A stretch of DNA of 64,000 nucleotides, taken from NCBI GenBank assembly GCA_963700745.1, contig CAVOYT010000012.1, positions 169,860-233,859 on the forward strand, read 5' to 3'. This document shows, in pieces, positions 7,447 to 17,117 of this stretch (positions within the stretch are counted from its first letter, which is position 1; each line of letters begins with the position of its first letter). The position numbers and the translations under genes were made by a program. Source of the DNA: an uncultured bacterium. Its GTDB lineage: Bacteria; Actinomycetota; Actinomycetes; S36-B12. Under the pieces are notes generated by a model. It was not told the DNA's origin, ran no database searches, and saw only the letters and a program-made list of their open reading frames with translations.

Positions 7447-10445
7447 TCACGCCGCCGTGCCCTCGGACTGCACCTCGTCCGGCGGGGCGGTCTCCTGCGG
7501 GGTCGTCGCCCCTCCGCTGAGCTCGGCCTGGGCGATGGCGGCCGCGTCCAGCGCGCGCTTCAGGCGCTCCTGCGCCACGCCGTAGGCGGCGAAGTCGCCC
7601 TGGCCAGCGCCAGCTCGCCGTCGCTGTAGGCGGCCTGGGCCTCGGCGAGCGCGATCGCCAGGTCCGTCGCGGGATCCCCGCTGCTCGGCGTCGTCGGTTC
7701 CGGGGTCGGCGTCGGCGTCGTGCCGCCATCCGTGCCGCCGCCCTGGTCAGGCACCGGCTCGGCGGTCGAGTCCGGTGAGGCGCCGAGCACCTTCGCCAGC
7801 GCCACATCGAGGGTGTTCTCCATCGCCACGTTGGCGCCGTAGCCGACCAGCACCTTGCGCAGCAGCGGGTAGCCCTCGGTGTTCGCGCGCAGGAAGACCG
7901 GCTCGATGTAGAGCAGGCCGCCGTTGAACGGCAGGCTGAGCAGGTTGCCCAGCTCGACGTCGGAGCCGCCCTGGCGCAGCAGCGACAGCTGCGAGCTCAC
8001 CAGCGGGTCGGACTCGAAGTTGTTCTGCACCTGCTGCGGGCCCGGGATCGTCGTGTTGCTGGGCAGCTGCAGCACGCGCATCTTGCCGTAGCCCTCGCCG
8101 GGTTTGGAGTCCACCGCCATGAAGGCGGCAAGGGTCTGCCGTCGTTGCGGGGCGAACGTCGTCGTCAGCGAGAAGGTCGGCTCATCCTGGTCCGGCATCT
8201 GCAGCGTCAGGTAGTACGGCGGCTGGAACACCTGCGCCGGGCTCACCGTCGGGTCGTTCGGGACGATCCACACGTCGGTGCCGTTGTAGAACGTGGACGC
8301 GTCGGTGACGTGGTAGCGGCTCAGGATCGTGCGCTGGATCTTGAACATGTCCTGCGGGTACCGCACGTGCGCCAGCACCTGCTCGGACATGTTCTCGCGC
8401 GGCTCGACGATCCCGGGGAAGGCGTTCATCCACGTCAGCAGCACCGGGTCGGTCGGATCCCAGGCGTACAGCGTCACGGTGCCGTCGAACGCGTCGACGA
8501 CGGCCTTCACCGAGTTGCGCACGTAGTTGGCCTGGTCACGCGGGAGCAGGCTGCTGGGCAGGGTGCGCGAGCTGACCGAGTCGCTCGTCGCCTCGCTCAG
8601 GCTGACGCGACTGCTGTACGGGTACTCGTTCGACAGCGTGTACCCGTCGACGATCCACTTGATCCCGCCGTCCGCCGCCACGGGATACGGATCCTGGTCG
8701 AGGGTCAGCCACGGGGCGACCTTCTCGACGCGGGTGAGCGGATCGCGGTCCCACATGATCCGGGACTCCGGGTTGACCAGGTCCGACAGCAGGATGTTGG
8801 CGTCCTGGAACTTCGTCGCGAAGAGCAGTCGCCCGAACAGCGAGCCCATCGGCACGCCGCCCGTGCCGTCGTACGTGTTGGTCTTCTGGCCGGTCGGGCT
8901 GGCGTCGTCCGGGTAGTCGAGCTCGACCGGCGTCGAGCCCTCCGGCGCCCCGACGATGCTGTAGGGCGGCGAGAGCTCGCCGAAGTACACCCGCGGCTGG
9001 TCGACGTTCAGGGCGCCGGTCGGCGGGATGTCGCTCTCGAAGAAGTCCGGCTGGCCGTTCGACAGCGCCGTGTTGTCGTACGCCGCCACCATGCCGTAGC
9101 CGTGCGTGTAGACGGCCTTGTCGTTGGTCCAGTTGCGCTGGCCGTCGGGGATGCCGGCGAGGTTGATCTCGCGGACGGCGACGACGGCGCCGCGCCGGCG
9201 CTGGTCCTCGAGGTCGTAGCGGTCGACGTCGAGCTTGGTGTTGAACGAGTAGTAGCCGCGGATCTGCTGCAGCTGGTTGTAGGTCGGCGACACCACGGCC
9301 GGGTCGAGCAGGCGGATGTTGCTCAGCGTGCCGGCAGCTGGCCTCGAGCACCTCCGGCGGTCGGCGGCGAGACCGTGCCCGCGTAGTCGGAGACCTCGGA
9401 GTCCGCGATGTCGTACGCATCGCGCGTGGCGTTGATGTTGCGCTCGAGGTACGGCTGCTCGCGGACGAGCTCGCTCGGCTTCACCTGGAACTGCTGGACG
9501 ATCAGCGGGTAGACCGTGCCCACGACGAGGCTGGTGACGACGAGCAGCCCGGCGCCGATCACCGGGATCACCCAGTGACGCCGGAACGCGTTGACGAAGA
9601 ACAGGGCCGCCACGAGGATCGATGACGGCCGCGAGGATGTTCAGCGCCGGCAGCACCGCGTAGACGTCGGTGTACTTCAGCCCGGTGAAGCCGGACACGA
9701 GCTGCTGGCTCTGCGTCGCCAGGGCGAAGCGGTCGAACCAGTAGGACACCGCCTTGACCAGGACGAACAGGCCGATCAGGATGCTGAGCTGCGTCTGGGC
9801 CGCACCGGACGCGCGGTCGCCGCGGGGCTGCAGGCGCAGGCCTCCGTAGATGTACTGGACGGCGACGACGGCGAGGATGCACAGGAAGATCACGCCGAAG
9901 GCGAAGCCGATGACGAAGCGGATGAACGGCAGCGTGAACGTGAAGAAGGACAGGTCCAGGCCGAACTGCGGGTCCTCGATGCCGAACGGCACCGCGTTGC
10001 GCCACAGCAGGTAGGTGCCCCACTCGGCGGCTGCCGTCAGGCCCGTGACGAGGCCGAGGGCGATCGAGATGAGGATGGTGAACCGCCGGCGATACGGCTC
10101 GATCGCGATCCGGTAGCGCTCGAGCGACGCCTGCTCCGGGGTCATGCCGCGGAACGTCGGTCGGGTGCGCCAGGCGATCCACATCGACAGTCCGACCGCC
10201 AGGCCCATGATCGTGCCGAAGGCGACGAACATCACCGCGCGGGTGACCAGCGAGGTGGTGAACACCTGGGTCTTGTCGACCGATACGAACCACAGCCAGT
10301 CGGTGTAGAAGCCGGCGAAGAGCACGAAGCCCCCGACCAGGACGGCCAGGATGATGATGGTGGGCAGCAGCACGCCACGACGGCGAGGGGCCGCCTCCGT
10401 CGTGGGGGCGCCCGAACCGCCCATGCCGGGCATCTCGAAGGTCAC
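7447..10445 (-). pseudogene. UPF0182 family polytopic membrane protein (Rv3193c-like), frame broken as sequenced (at least 4 changes)
   Basis: Track ORF 7560..10445 holds most of the protein. The segment 9330-9613 is correct only in the ORF 9323..9613 frame (AALFFVNAFRRHWVIPVIGAGLLVV...). The last ~55 codons (QGDFAAYGVAQERLKRALDAAAIAQ...) are in a third frame, which stops at 7447-7449. Confidence 0.8.
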
Positions 10446-10454
10446 CTTGACAAC

Positions 10455-11653
10455 CTACGTCACCGGGACGGGGCATGCGCCCACGGGTTTGCCAGCGGCG
10501 TAATCCTGGATGGCGGTCGACCGCGTCGGTCAGCGTCTCGACGGGCACCACGGTCAGTCCGTCCGGGATGTGCCCGACGGCCTCGTCGCAGTTCTCCTCC
10601 GGCATGACGAACAGGGTGGCGCCGGCGTCCCGGGCCCCGGCGAGCTTCTGCCGGATGCCGCCGATCGGCCCCACCGTCCCGTCCGGCTCGATCGTGCCGG
10701 TGCCGGCGATGTAGTTGCCGCCGGTCAACGACTCGGGGGTCAGCTTGTCGACGATGCCGGTCGCGAACATCAGTCCGGCACTGGGTCCGCCGACGGATTC
10801 GAGGGTGAAGTCGATCGGGAAGTCGGCGGAGTAGCAGCTCGCCGACGCCGATGCCGATGAACGGCGTCTCGCGGGTTGTCCGGGTTCGACACGGACGTCA
10901 GCGTGACCGTCTGCTCGACGTCGTCCTCCATCTCCCCGTCGACCTCGACGCCGTCCCGCACGATCACGATGTCGAAGGAGGTGCCGATCGGATTCGACGC
11001 GAATCGTCTCGGCGACCTGCTGCGCCCTCGTCGACCTCGACGCCGTCGAGACTCTTGATCTCGTCCTTCGGCAGCAGGACGCCGTCGGCAGGGGTGTCCG
11101 CGTAGACGGCGTTGACGACGACCTGAGCGCGGACCGGTCGGTCGAGGTAGTCCATGGCGGCGGCGACGGCGTTCGACTCCGACGTGCTGAACAGCAGCGC
11201 CTGCCGCTTCTGCACGTCCTCGCCGCTCACGTCGTCGGGGAACAGCAGCTCACGCGGCACGACGGCGTCGGCGGGGTCCAGCCACGAGGCGATCGCGTCG
11301 ACGAAGGTCAGGCCGCCGCGGGGACCACCGGACTCCAGCACCGTGGTCATGTCGAGGTTGCCGGTCACGGGGAACGTCTCGGTACCGCTGATCTCGATGA
11401 CGGGCCGACCGTCGTCCTCGCCGATGACGTTGAACGTCGGGCCGGGGGCCAGCTTCACGAAGGGCACGGGGAGCAGGAACGCGATGGCGATGAGGACGAG
11501 GGTCGTCGCCGAGCTGATGATGAGCATCCAGCCGCGGCGGGACGGATGCATGACCGCATGCCACCAGCCGGTGTCGTCGGCGGCCACGTCGTCCAGGAAG
11601 ACGTCGAGCGGCGCCTGCGACGGATCGGGCGCCTCGTCCTGCCGATCGCTCAC
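10455..11653 (-). pseudogene. PDZ domain plus Lon-like S16 peptidase (YlbL/Rv3194c-like), frame broken as sequenced (at least 4 changes)
   Basis: Pieces are WMLIISSATTLVLIAIAFLLPVPFVKLAPGPTFNV... (ORF 10964..11860), IVIVRDGVEVDGEM (ORF 10770..10967), and SVGGPSAGLMFATGIVDKLTPESLTGGNYIAGTGTIEPDGTVGPIGGIRQKL (ORF 9568..10770). The GTG start at 11653 overlaps the upstream stop. Restoring one base gives a C-terminus AVDAIQDYAAGKPVGACPVPVT and a TAG stop at 10455. Confidence 0.75.
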
Positions 11654-11931
11654 GCGGACGGCTCGTCGTCGGGAACGCGCGGGGTGCCGTCCGCCTCGAC
11701 GATGCGGGCATTGCCACTCGAGGGCATCGGTCGCTCCATGGCCTGCTGCATGCGTCGCAGTCGTTCCATCGAGTCCTCCGTTGTCGTGGGCTTGGCCGGA
11801 CGGCTGCGCAGCATCACGAACAGCACCGCCAGGACGGTGGCCACCAACGGGATGAGCCACCAGGCCAGTGCGGACACCCAGAACTCCTCGGACGGATCGG
11901 ATGCTGCGTGTGCATCAGACGGATGACCCAT
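11650..11931 (-). CDS. Small single-pass membrane protein, first gene of the protease/UPF0182 operon
   Basis: MGHPSDAHAASDPSEEFWVSALAWWLIPLVATVLAVLFVMLRSRP.... I prefer the ATG at 11931 to the track's TTG at 11949, which lies inside a hairpin. GTGA overlap with the next gene. Confidence 0.6.
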   Translation of the reverse strand: MGHPSDAHAASDPSEEFWVSALAWWLIPLVATVLAVLFVMLRSRPAKPTTTEDSMERLRRMQQAMERPMPSSGNARIVEADGTPRVPDDEPSA

Positions 11932-12070
11932 CGCAGCGGTTCCCCGCAAGGGTACGCGGTCTGCGGGCCGGTCGCTTGCCGCGGACGGGCCGAAAGCGAC
12001 GGACCCCCGGGGCTCTCCGCTTCGTTCGCCTTCCCCTTGCGAACGAGCGTGTTATCCCGGGGGTCCAACG
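11932..12070 (-). promoter_or_regulatory. Structured 5' leader with three hairpins upstream of 11931
   Basis: An 11-bp stem pairs 12001-12011 with 12056-12066 and encloses an inner hairpin (12018-12029 with 12039-12049). A second hairpin pairs 11971-11977 with 11994-12000. A third pairs 11943-11948 with 11962-11967, and its 3' arm on the transcript contains the GGGGA Shine-Dalgarno. Confidence 0.45.
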
Positions 12071-12076
12071 GCGTCG

Positions 12077-12106
12077 AACCTAGGTACTGCGGCGGGAGTG
12101 AGTCAA
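12077..12106 (-). promoter_or_regulatory. Predicted sigma-A type promoter reading leftward
   Basis: On the minus strand: TTGACT (12106-12101), an 18-nt spacer, then TAGGTT (12082-12077, fits TANNNT). Confidence 0.45.
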
Positions 12107-12133
12107 TCCGAACGACACATCCCGTTCACCCGC

Positions 12134-12276
12134 CCTGTGGATGTCCTGTGCACGCCCTGTTGACGCACCCGCGTGTCGCTGTGGACGAGGGGTGCATACA
12201 GCTGGGGATGAACCTGAGGATGACCCTGCAAACACCCCTGTGACCAGCAGAAACGTCGCGTCGGTCGCCTGTGGAG
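12134..12276. repeat. Phased array of nine short direct repeats, consensus CCTGTGGAY (minus strand RTCCACAGG)
   Basis: Sites start at 12134 CCTGTGGAT, 12145 CCTGTGCAC, 12156 CCTGTTGAC, 12178 GCTGTGGAC, 12201 GCTGGGGAT, 12213 CCTGAGGAT, 12225 CCTGCAAAC, 12237 CCTGTGACC and 12268 CCTGTGGAG. Spacings are 11, 11, 22, 23, 12, 12, 12 and 31 nt. Confidence 0.7.
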
Positions 12277-12306
12277 GAAAATTCGTCGGGCTGGTTTACC
12301 CCCCGT

Positions 12307-12726
12307 TTACCTCCCGGTCGCGGTGTCGATCATCGCCCGGACCGCGGCATCCAGCCCCTCGGGGAGATCGTCCAGCGCGAACCAGCGCAGATCGTCCGAC
12401 TCGTCGCTGATGACCTCCTGGGCGTCGCGGGGCACCAGAGCCAGGAACTCCACGTCCCAGTGCACGCTCATGTCACCGGCGCACCTGACCGGATGACGAT
12501 CGAGCCGGATCGGTGCAGCCGACATCGTCACGTCGAGGATCCCGCTCTCCTCGCGCGTCTCGCGGATCGCCGCCGCCCGGATCGACGCATCCCCGATCTC
12601 GTTGTGGCCGCCGAGCTGCAGCCAGCGGCCGGCCTTGGGATGCAGCGTCAGCAGCACGCGGCTCAGGTCCTCGTCCAGGACCAGGGCGCTGGACGTCAGG
12701 TGGCCCGGCCGGGACTCACGGGACAT
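12307..12726 (-). CDS. NUDIX hydrolase
   Basis: Nudix box in GGHNEIGDASIRAAAIRETREESGI. Confidence 0.85.
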   Translation of the reverse strand: MSRESRPGHLTSSALVLDEDLSRVLLTLHPKAGRWLQLGGHNEIGDASIRAAAIRETREESGILDVTMSAAPIRLDRHPVRCAGDMSVHWDVEFLALVPRDAQEVISDESDDLRWFALDDLPEGLDAAVRAMIDTATGR

Positions 12727-12856
12727 CGCGTCCGGATGCTCCGTCCAGGAAGCGCAGGTACTCGTCGCGCAGTGCGCGCTGCCCCGGCTCGGGGTGGTCC
12801 CAGGACGCGAGGACCGTCACGGGCGTCGGCGTGCAGGTCGGCGAAGTCCGGATGGG

Positions 12857-14309
12857 TCACGCCGGCGGATCGCCCGCGTCCGCCGGGTCGTCCGGATCGG
12901 CCGTCTCGTCCGGAGCAGCTGACGCGTCCGATCGGCCGTCTCGTCCGGTCACGCTCGAACTCCAGCTCGGACGCGCTGTCCTCGATGAAGCCCAGCGGAT
13001 CCGCGAGATCGTCCGGGCCAGGCAGCAGGTCGGGGTGCGCCCAGAGCGCGTCGCGGGCATCGATGCCCGCGGCCGGCACGCACGACGGCGAACAGGGTGG
13101 CCGCCTCGCGGGCCAGTCGAGGACGAAGCTCCATGCCGACGAGGGTCGCGAAGGTCTTCTCCGCCGGCCCCCCGGCTGCTCGCCGACGACGGATCGTCTC
13201 GCGCAGCTGCACCGCGGACGGCAGGCGCTCGGCGATCGCCTGGTCCGACGACGTCGTCGACCCAGCCCTCGACCAGCGCGAGCAGGGTCTCCAGCCGGGC
13301 GATGGCCGCCCGCTGCTCCTCGGTGTCCTCCGGCTGCAGCAGCCCGCTGCCCATCAGCTCCTGAAGCGCCTGCGGGTTGGTCATGTCGACGTCGCCCATG
13401 GCCTCCGCCAGACGTGACTGGTCGACGTGCACGCCGCGGGCGTACTCCTCGACGGCACCGTTGATCCGCGGGCGCAGCCACGGCACGTGCGCGAACAGGC
13501 GCTGGTGCGCAGACTCGCGCAGGGCGAGGTACAGGCGCACGTCATCGACCGGCAGGCCGAGCCCCTCGCCGAACGCGTCGACGTTGCGCGGCAGCAGCGC
13601 CGGCACCGGGTGCTCGGTCAGCGGCATGCCGATATCGGAGGAGCTGACGACGTCGACGCGAGGCCGGCGAGCGCCTGGCCGAGCTGCATGCTGAACGCGG
13701 CCGCGCCGAGCTGCTGCATCATGCCGAGCATCGGGCCCATCATCTGGGCCATCTCCGGGGGGATCCCGCCGGGGAACATGCTCGCGCAGCTGCTCGGGCA
13801 GGTTCTCGCTCAGGGCCGTCAGGTCCAGCTCCTGGCCGGCGGCGCCGGGAAGGCTCTGGCCGACGACCTGCTGCATGTGCTCGGCGATCGGCTCGACGAT
13901 CACGCGCCAGGCGGGAGCGGTCGCCTCGAGCCATTCCGAGCGGCTCCAGGCCTCGGGCGCCGCCGTCGTGGCCGGGAAGGTGACGGCCGGGTCGAGCCAC
14001 ACGTCCGCGAGGCGCACGGCGTCGACGACCGCGCGCCGGTCGGCGTCGCCCACCGACGGGTCGCCGCCGCCCTGCACGAGCGTCTTGCGGGCCACGTCGG
14101 TGACCATCGACCAGTTGACCGGGCCGCCGGCGTCGGCGCCGGTCTGACCGGACTGCATCATCGCGCCGAGCTGCTGCAGCGCAGCGCCCGAGCGAGCTCA
14201 TGTCGAAGCCGCCGGGACCGAAGCCGAAGCCGGGGCCACCCGGGTTGCCGGGGCCACCCGGACTGTCGGGGTCGTCGCCACCCATGCCGAAGCCAAACGG
14301 AACGCTCAT
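12857..14309 (-). pseudogene. Zinc-dependent metalloprotease family (Rv3195-like, DUF2342/TIGR03624-type), frame broken as sequenced (at least 4 changes)
   Basis: N-terminus MSVPFGFGMGGDDPDSPGGPGNPGGPGFGFGPGGFDMSSLG. Core from ORF 12857..14161: NWSMVTDVARKTL...LYLALRESAHQRLFAHVPWLRPRINGAVEEYARG...EEQRAAIARLETLLALVEGW. Tail from ORF 12696..13481: ALWAHPDLLPGPDDLADPLGFIED. Confidence 0.7.
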
Positions 14310-14416
14310 GGTCAACGGTATACGCCGCGAGGAGATCGCCGCGCCGCCCGGCGTTCGCCCTCAGACGAAGGCGGCCCGCCACGCTGCACCTCGGCGGCCA
14401 CGTGGCGCGGACACAG

Positions 14417-14450
14417 GACGAGGGGGCGACCTCGCGGTCGCCCCCTCGTC
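14417..14450 (-). terminator. Strong hairpin downstream of the DUF5679 gene
   Basis: Perfect 15-bp stem gacgagggggcgacc / ggtcgccccctcgtc with the 4-nt loop tcgc. No clear U-tract. Confidence 0.55.
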
Positions 14451-14504
14451 GTGCGCTCTAGGCGCGAGGTTGCGTCAACCCCGGCGGTACCGGGGTCGGG
14501 CTGG

Positions 14505-14660
14505 TTAGGCCTTGCCCAGAATGCGGGTCACCTTGGTGCCGCACACGGGGCAGATGCCCTTGGCGAAGCGGCGGCCGTTCGTCTCCTCGACGTGGCCGGT
14601 GAACTCCCGCTTCTCCTTGCACTTCACGCAGTACGCCTCGCCGGTGTAGCTCTCGGCCAT
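14505..14660 (-). CDS. DUF5679-type zinc-ribbon small protein (51 aa)
   Basis: Below the track cutoff. My translation is MAESYTGEAYCVKCKEKREFTGHVEETNGRRFAKGICPVCGTKVTRILGKA (CxxC...CxxC). AGGAGGG RBS upstream. Confidence 0.8.
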   Translation of the reverse strand: MAESYTGEAYCVKCKEKREFTGHVEETNGRRFAKGICPVCGTKVTRILGKA

Positions 14661-14844
14661 GGGGCCCTCCTGTATGTCCGTCAGTACCGCGTGGCCGCGG
14701 TCGGCGGCTGTGTGCCACCTAGGGGTTGCCCCCGATTGGTCGGCTCAACGATAGGGCAGCCACGAGGGCCATTCCAGCCACGCGCAACGTCAGATCACCG
14801 CGTGGCGTGATTCATCCTGTGGATAATTACGGATATATGGGATA

Positions 14845-15597
14845 TTACGGTACTTTTCGGTAGCACCAGGTTCGCGGCGATTCCGTCCTCCCACGAGGCG
14901 CCGTCGGCAGCGACCGCACCGTCCGGGGCCCGCACAGCTCGGCCGCCCGCTCCTGAGCACGACACGACCCGGGGTAGTCGTCGTAGAGCGCGGACCACAG
15001 GATCCACGCCGTGACCTGCCATCGCGGCCGGCTCGAGCACCGCACGGTGATCGGCGGCGCGAGCGCCCGGCGGCCGTCCTCGGCGGACGAGCAGTGCCGC
15101 AGGGCGCGCGTGGTTCGCCGGGCGCATGCGGTCGAACGAGGTGCGTCAAGGTGCACCAGCGTCGCCGGCGCCGGCCCGTCGGTACCGCACCGCGACCGCG
15201 CCGCACACGTACTGGTTCGGGCGGCAGCGACGAAGGAACGCGCCTCGATGCGGATCGGATCCTCGATGATGCCCGCCATCGGAGGTGTTGACGCCGACCG
15301 CGGTCCACACGTCAAGGAGGCCGCAGCGATCCTGGGCGAACTCGATCGGCGTTGACGTCCATCGGGACCAGCGCCGTCTCGGTGACCTCGAAGGTGTGCG
15401 GCTCCGTGCACGGCACCGGCGCCGGTATCCGCCCAGTAGTCGTCGCCGGCCTGCTCGTCCGTCAGGTCGTAGCACTCGCCCACGATCGGACGCGCTCGAC
15501 TGGCCTCGCCGGGACGCGCGAGGCACGGGCAGGCCGGTACGAACGGGGTGCGGCAGAACGGCGGCCGCGGCGAGAGATCACCAGCCGCTCGTCGCAT
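14845..15597 (-). pseudogene. Septum-formation family protein (two Cys-containing repeats), heavily frame-broken as sequenced
   Basis: Stitching three frames gives IVGECYDLTDEQAGDDYWADTGAGAVPCTEPHTFEVTETALVPMDVN..FAQDRCGLLDVWTAVGVNTS..IEDPIRIEARSFVAA and a second unit ITVRCSSRPRWQVTAWILWSALYDDYPG..AQERAAELCGP...SWEDG..RTWCYRKVP. The start and exact joins are uncertain. Confidence 0.5.
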
Positions 15598-15720
15598 GCC
15601 GCCTCCAGCCTCGGATCGCACGACCCGGGCCCGCCCCGGGTCCGCCAACCATGATGGCCCCCGTCTGGCCCGGAAGGGGATCAAACGGGAGGATGCGCCT
15701 GTGACGCACCCCGAGCGGCG

Positions 15721-16996
15721 ATGTTCCCGCGTGCAGTCCCCTCGATGCCGTCAGCCTCGACGAGGACGCCCTCCTCGCGGACCTGCTCGACCTGCTGCGC
15801 ATCCCCTCGGTCAGCGGCAGCCCGGCCGAGCTCGAGGTGCAGGAGCACCTCGCCGGGCAGTGGCGCGCGCGAGGGCCTCGACGTCGACCGGTGGGACATC
15901 GACGTCGAGGCGCTCGAGCAGGACCCGGAGTTCCCCGGCATGGAGGTGCCCCGCAGCGCCGCTGTCGGCGTGACCGCCACGCTCGCCGGCGACGGCTCCG
16001 GTCCGACGCTCATGCTCAACGGCCACACCGACGTGGTCCCGCCGGGCGATCGCGCATGCCTGGTCCGGCGACCCGTTCGTGCCGCGCTCGGTGACGGTCG
16101 ACGGCCAGGAGCGCATCGTCGCGCGCGGTGCGTGCGACATGAAGGCCGGCGTCGCGGCGATGTGGTCCGCGGTTCGCGCCGTGAAGACGTCCGGAATCCC
16201 GCTGCGCGGCAACGTCATCCTGGCCGCGGTGTCCGGCGAGGAGGACGGCGGCCTCGGCACGTTCGCGCTGCTGCGCCACGGCGTGACCGCCGACATGTGC
16301 GTCGTGCCGGAGCCGACGTCGATGGACCTCATCCCCGCGAACGGCGGCGCGCTGACCTTCCGGCTCACCGTCCGCGGCCTGGCCACCCATGCCGCCCGCC
16401 GCACCGAGGGCGTCAGCGCCATCGAGAAGTTCTACCCGGTCCTCCAGGCGCTGCAGGAGCTCGAGCGACGCCGCAACGCCGACGGTCGACGTCGTGATGC
16501 AGCGCTGGCCGCTGGCCTACCCGCTGTCCATCGGCACTATCGCCGCCGGCGACTGGGCCTCGACGGTGCCCGACCTGCTGACCGCCGAGGGCCGGCTTGG
16601 GGTCGCGCTCGGCGAGACGATGGCTGCAGGCCCGGGCCGAGCTCGAGGCCACGGTCGCCGCCGCGTGCGCGGCCGATCCGTGGCTCGCCGACCATCCGGT
16701 CGAGGTGACCTGGTGGGGCGGCCAGTTCGCGTCCGGGCAGACGCCACCCGACTCGCCGATCATCGGCCTCGTCGCCGGCATCCAGCGCGATCTCGTCGGA
16801 CGGGAGCCCGGAGATCTACGGCGGACCGTACGGCTCCGACCTGCGGCTGCTCATGGGCCTCGGCGGCATCCCGACCGTGCAGTACGGCCCCGGCGACGCC
16901 GCGGCGGCCCATGCCCCCGACGAGTGGGTGGCCGTCGACGAGGTGCTCACGACCGCACGGGGCCTCGTCCGGCTGATCCTGCGGGTCTGCGCCTGA
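15721..16996 (+). pseudogene. M20 family metallopeptidase (ArgE/DapE/ACY1-like), frame broken as sequenced (at least 5 changes)
   Basis: LLDLLRIPSVSGSPAELEVQEHL, LMLNGHTDVVPPGD, ARGACDMKAGVAAMWSAVRAV...AAVSGEEDGGLGT, GGQFASGQTPPDSPII and YGGPYGSDLRLLMGLGGIPTVQYGPGDAAAAHAPDEWV are spread over ORFs 15721.., 16079.., 16389.. and 16597... Confidence 0.75.
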
Positions 16997-17028
16997 CCCC
17001 GCGCGGCTCTCCCGCCCCACCCTCCTTG

Positions 17029-17090
17029 TTGAGTGGTCGATCGCGCACCGCAGGCGGCCCGCCGTGGCCGGTGCGCGAGCGACCACTCAA
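17029..17090. repeat. Intergenic palindromic repeat, subfamily B copy 1
   Basis: Arms ttgagtggtcgatcgcgcacc and ggtgcgcgagcgaccactcaa (21 bp, 1 mismatch) with a 20-nt loop. Outer arms ccctccttg / ctcaacgagggagg extend it to 17017-17113. Lies between convergent gene ends. Confidence 0.7.
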
Positions 17091-17117
17091 CAGGACCGCT
17101 CAACGAGGGAGGCGGGT

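Noticed and set aside
12061-12090. tRNA-like T-arm string ggttcgacgcc on the minus strand.
   Set aside because: No acceptor, D or anticodon stems can be drawn around it. It overlaps the predicted -10 and leader region.
12134-12276. DnaA-box-like array interpreted as a chromosomal replication origin.
   Set aside because: There are no dnaA/dnaN flanks, no AT-rich unwinding element, and the boxes are only 6-8/9 matches. I kept it as a regulator-binding array hypothesis, not as oriC.
14795-14890. LuxR-like HTH reading (GIAANLVLPKSTVISHISVIIHRM) at the end of track ORF 14795..15127.
   Set aside because: It is encoded by the AT-rich intergenic patch. The rest of that ORF is non-protein-like. The adjacent frame gives a Cys-containing septum-formation C-terminus that ends at the TAA at 14845.
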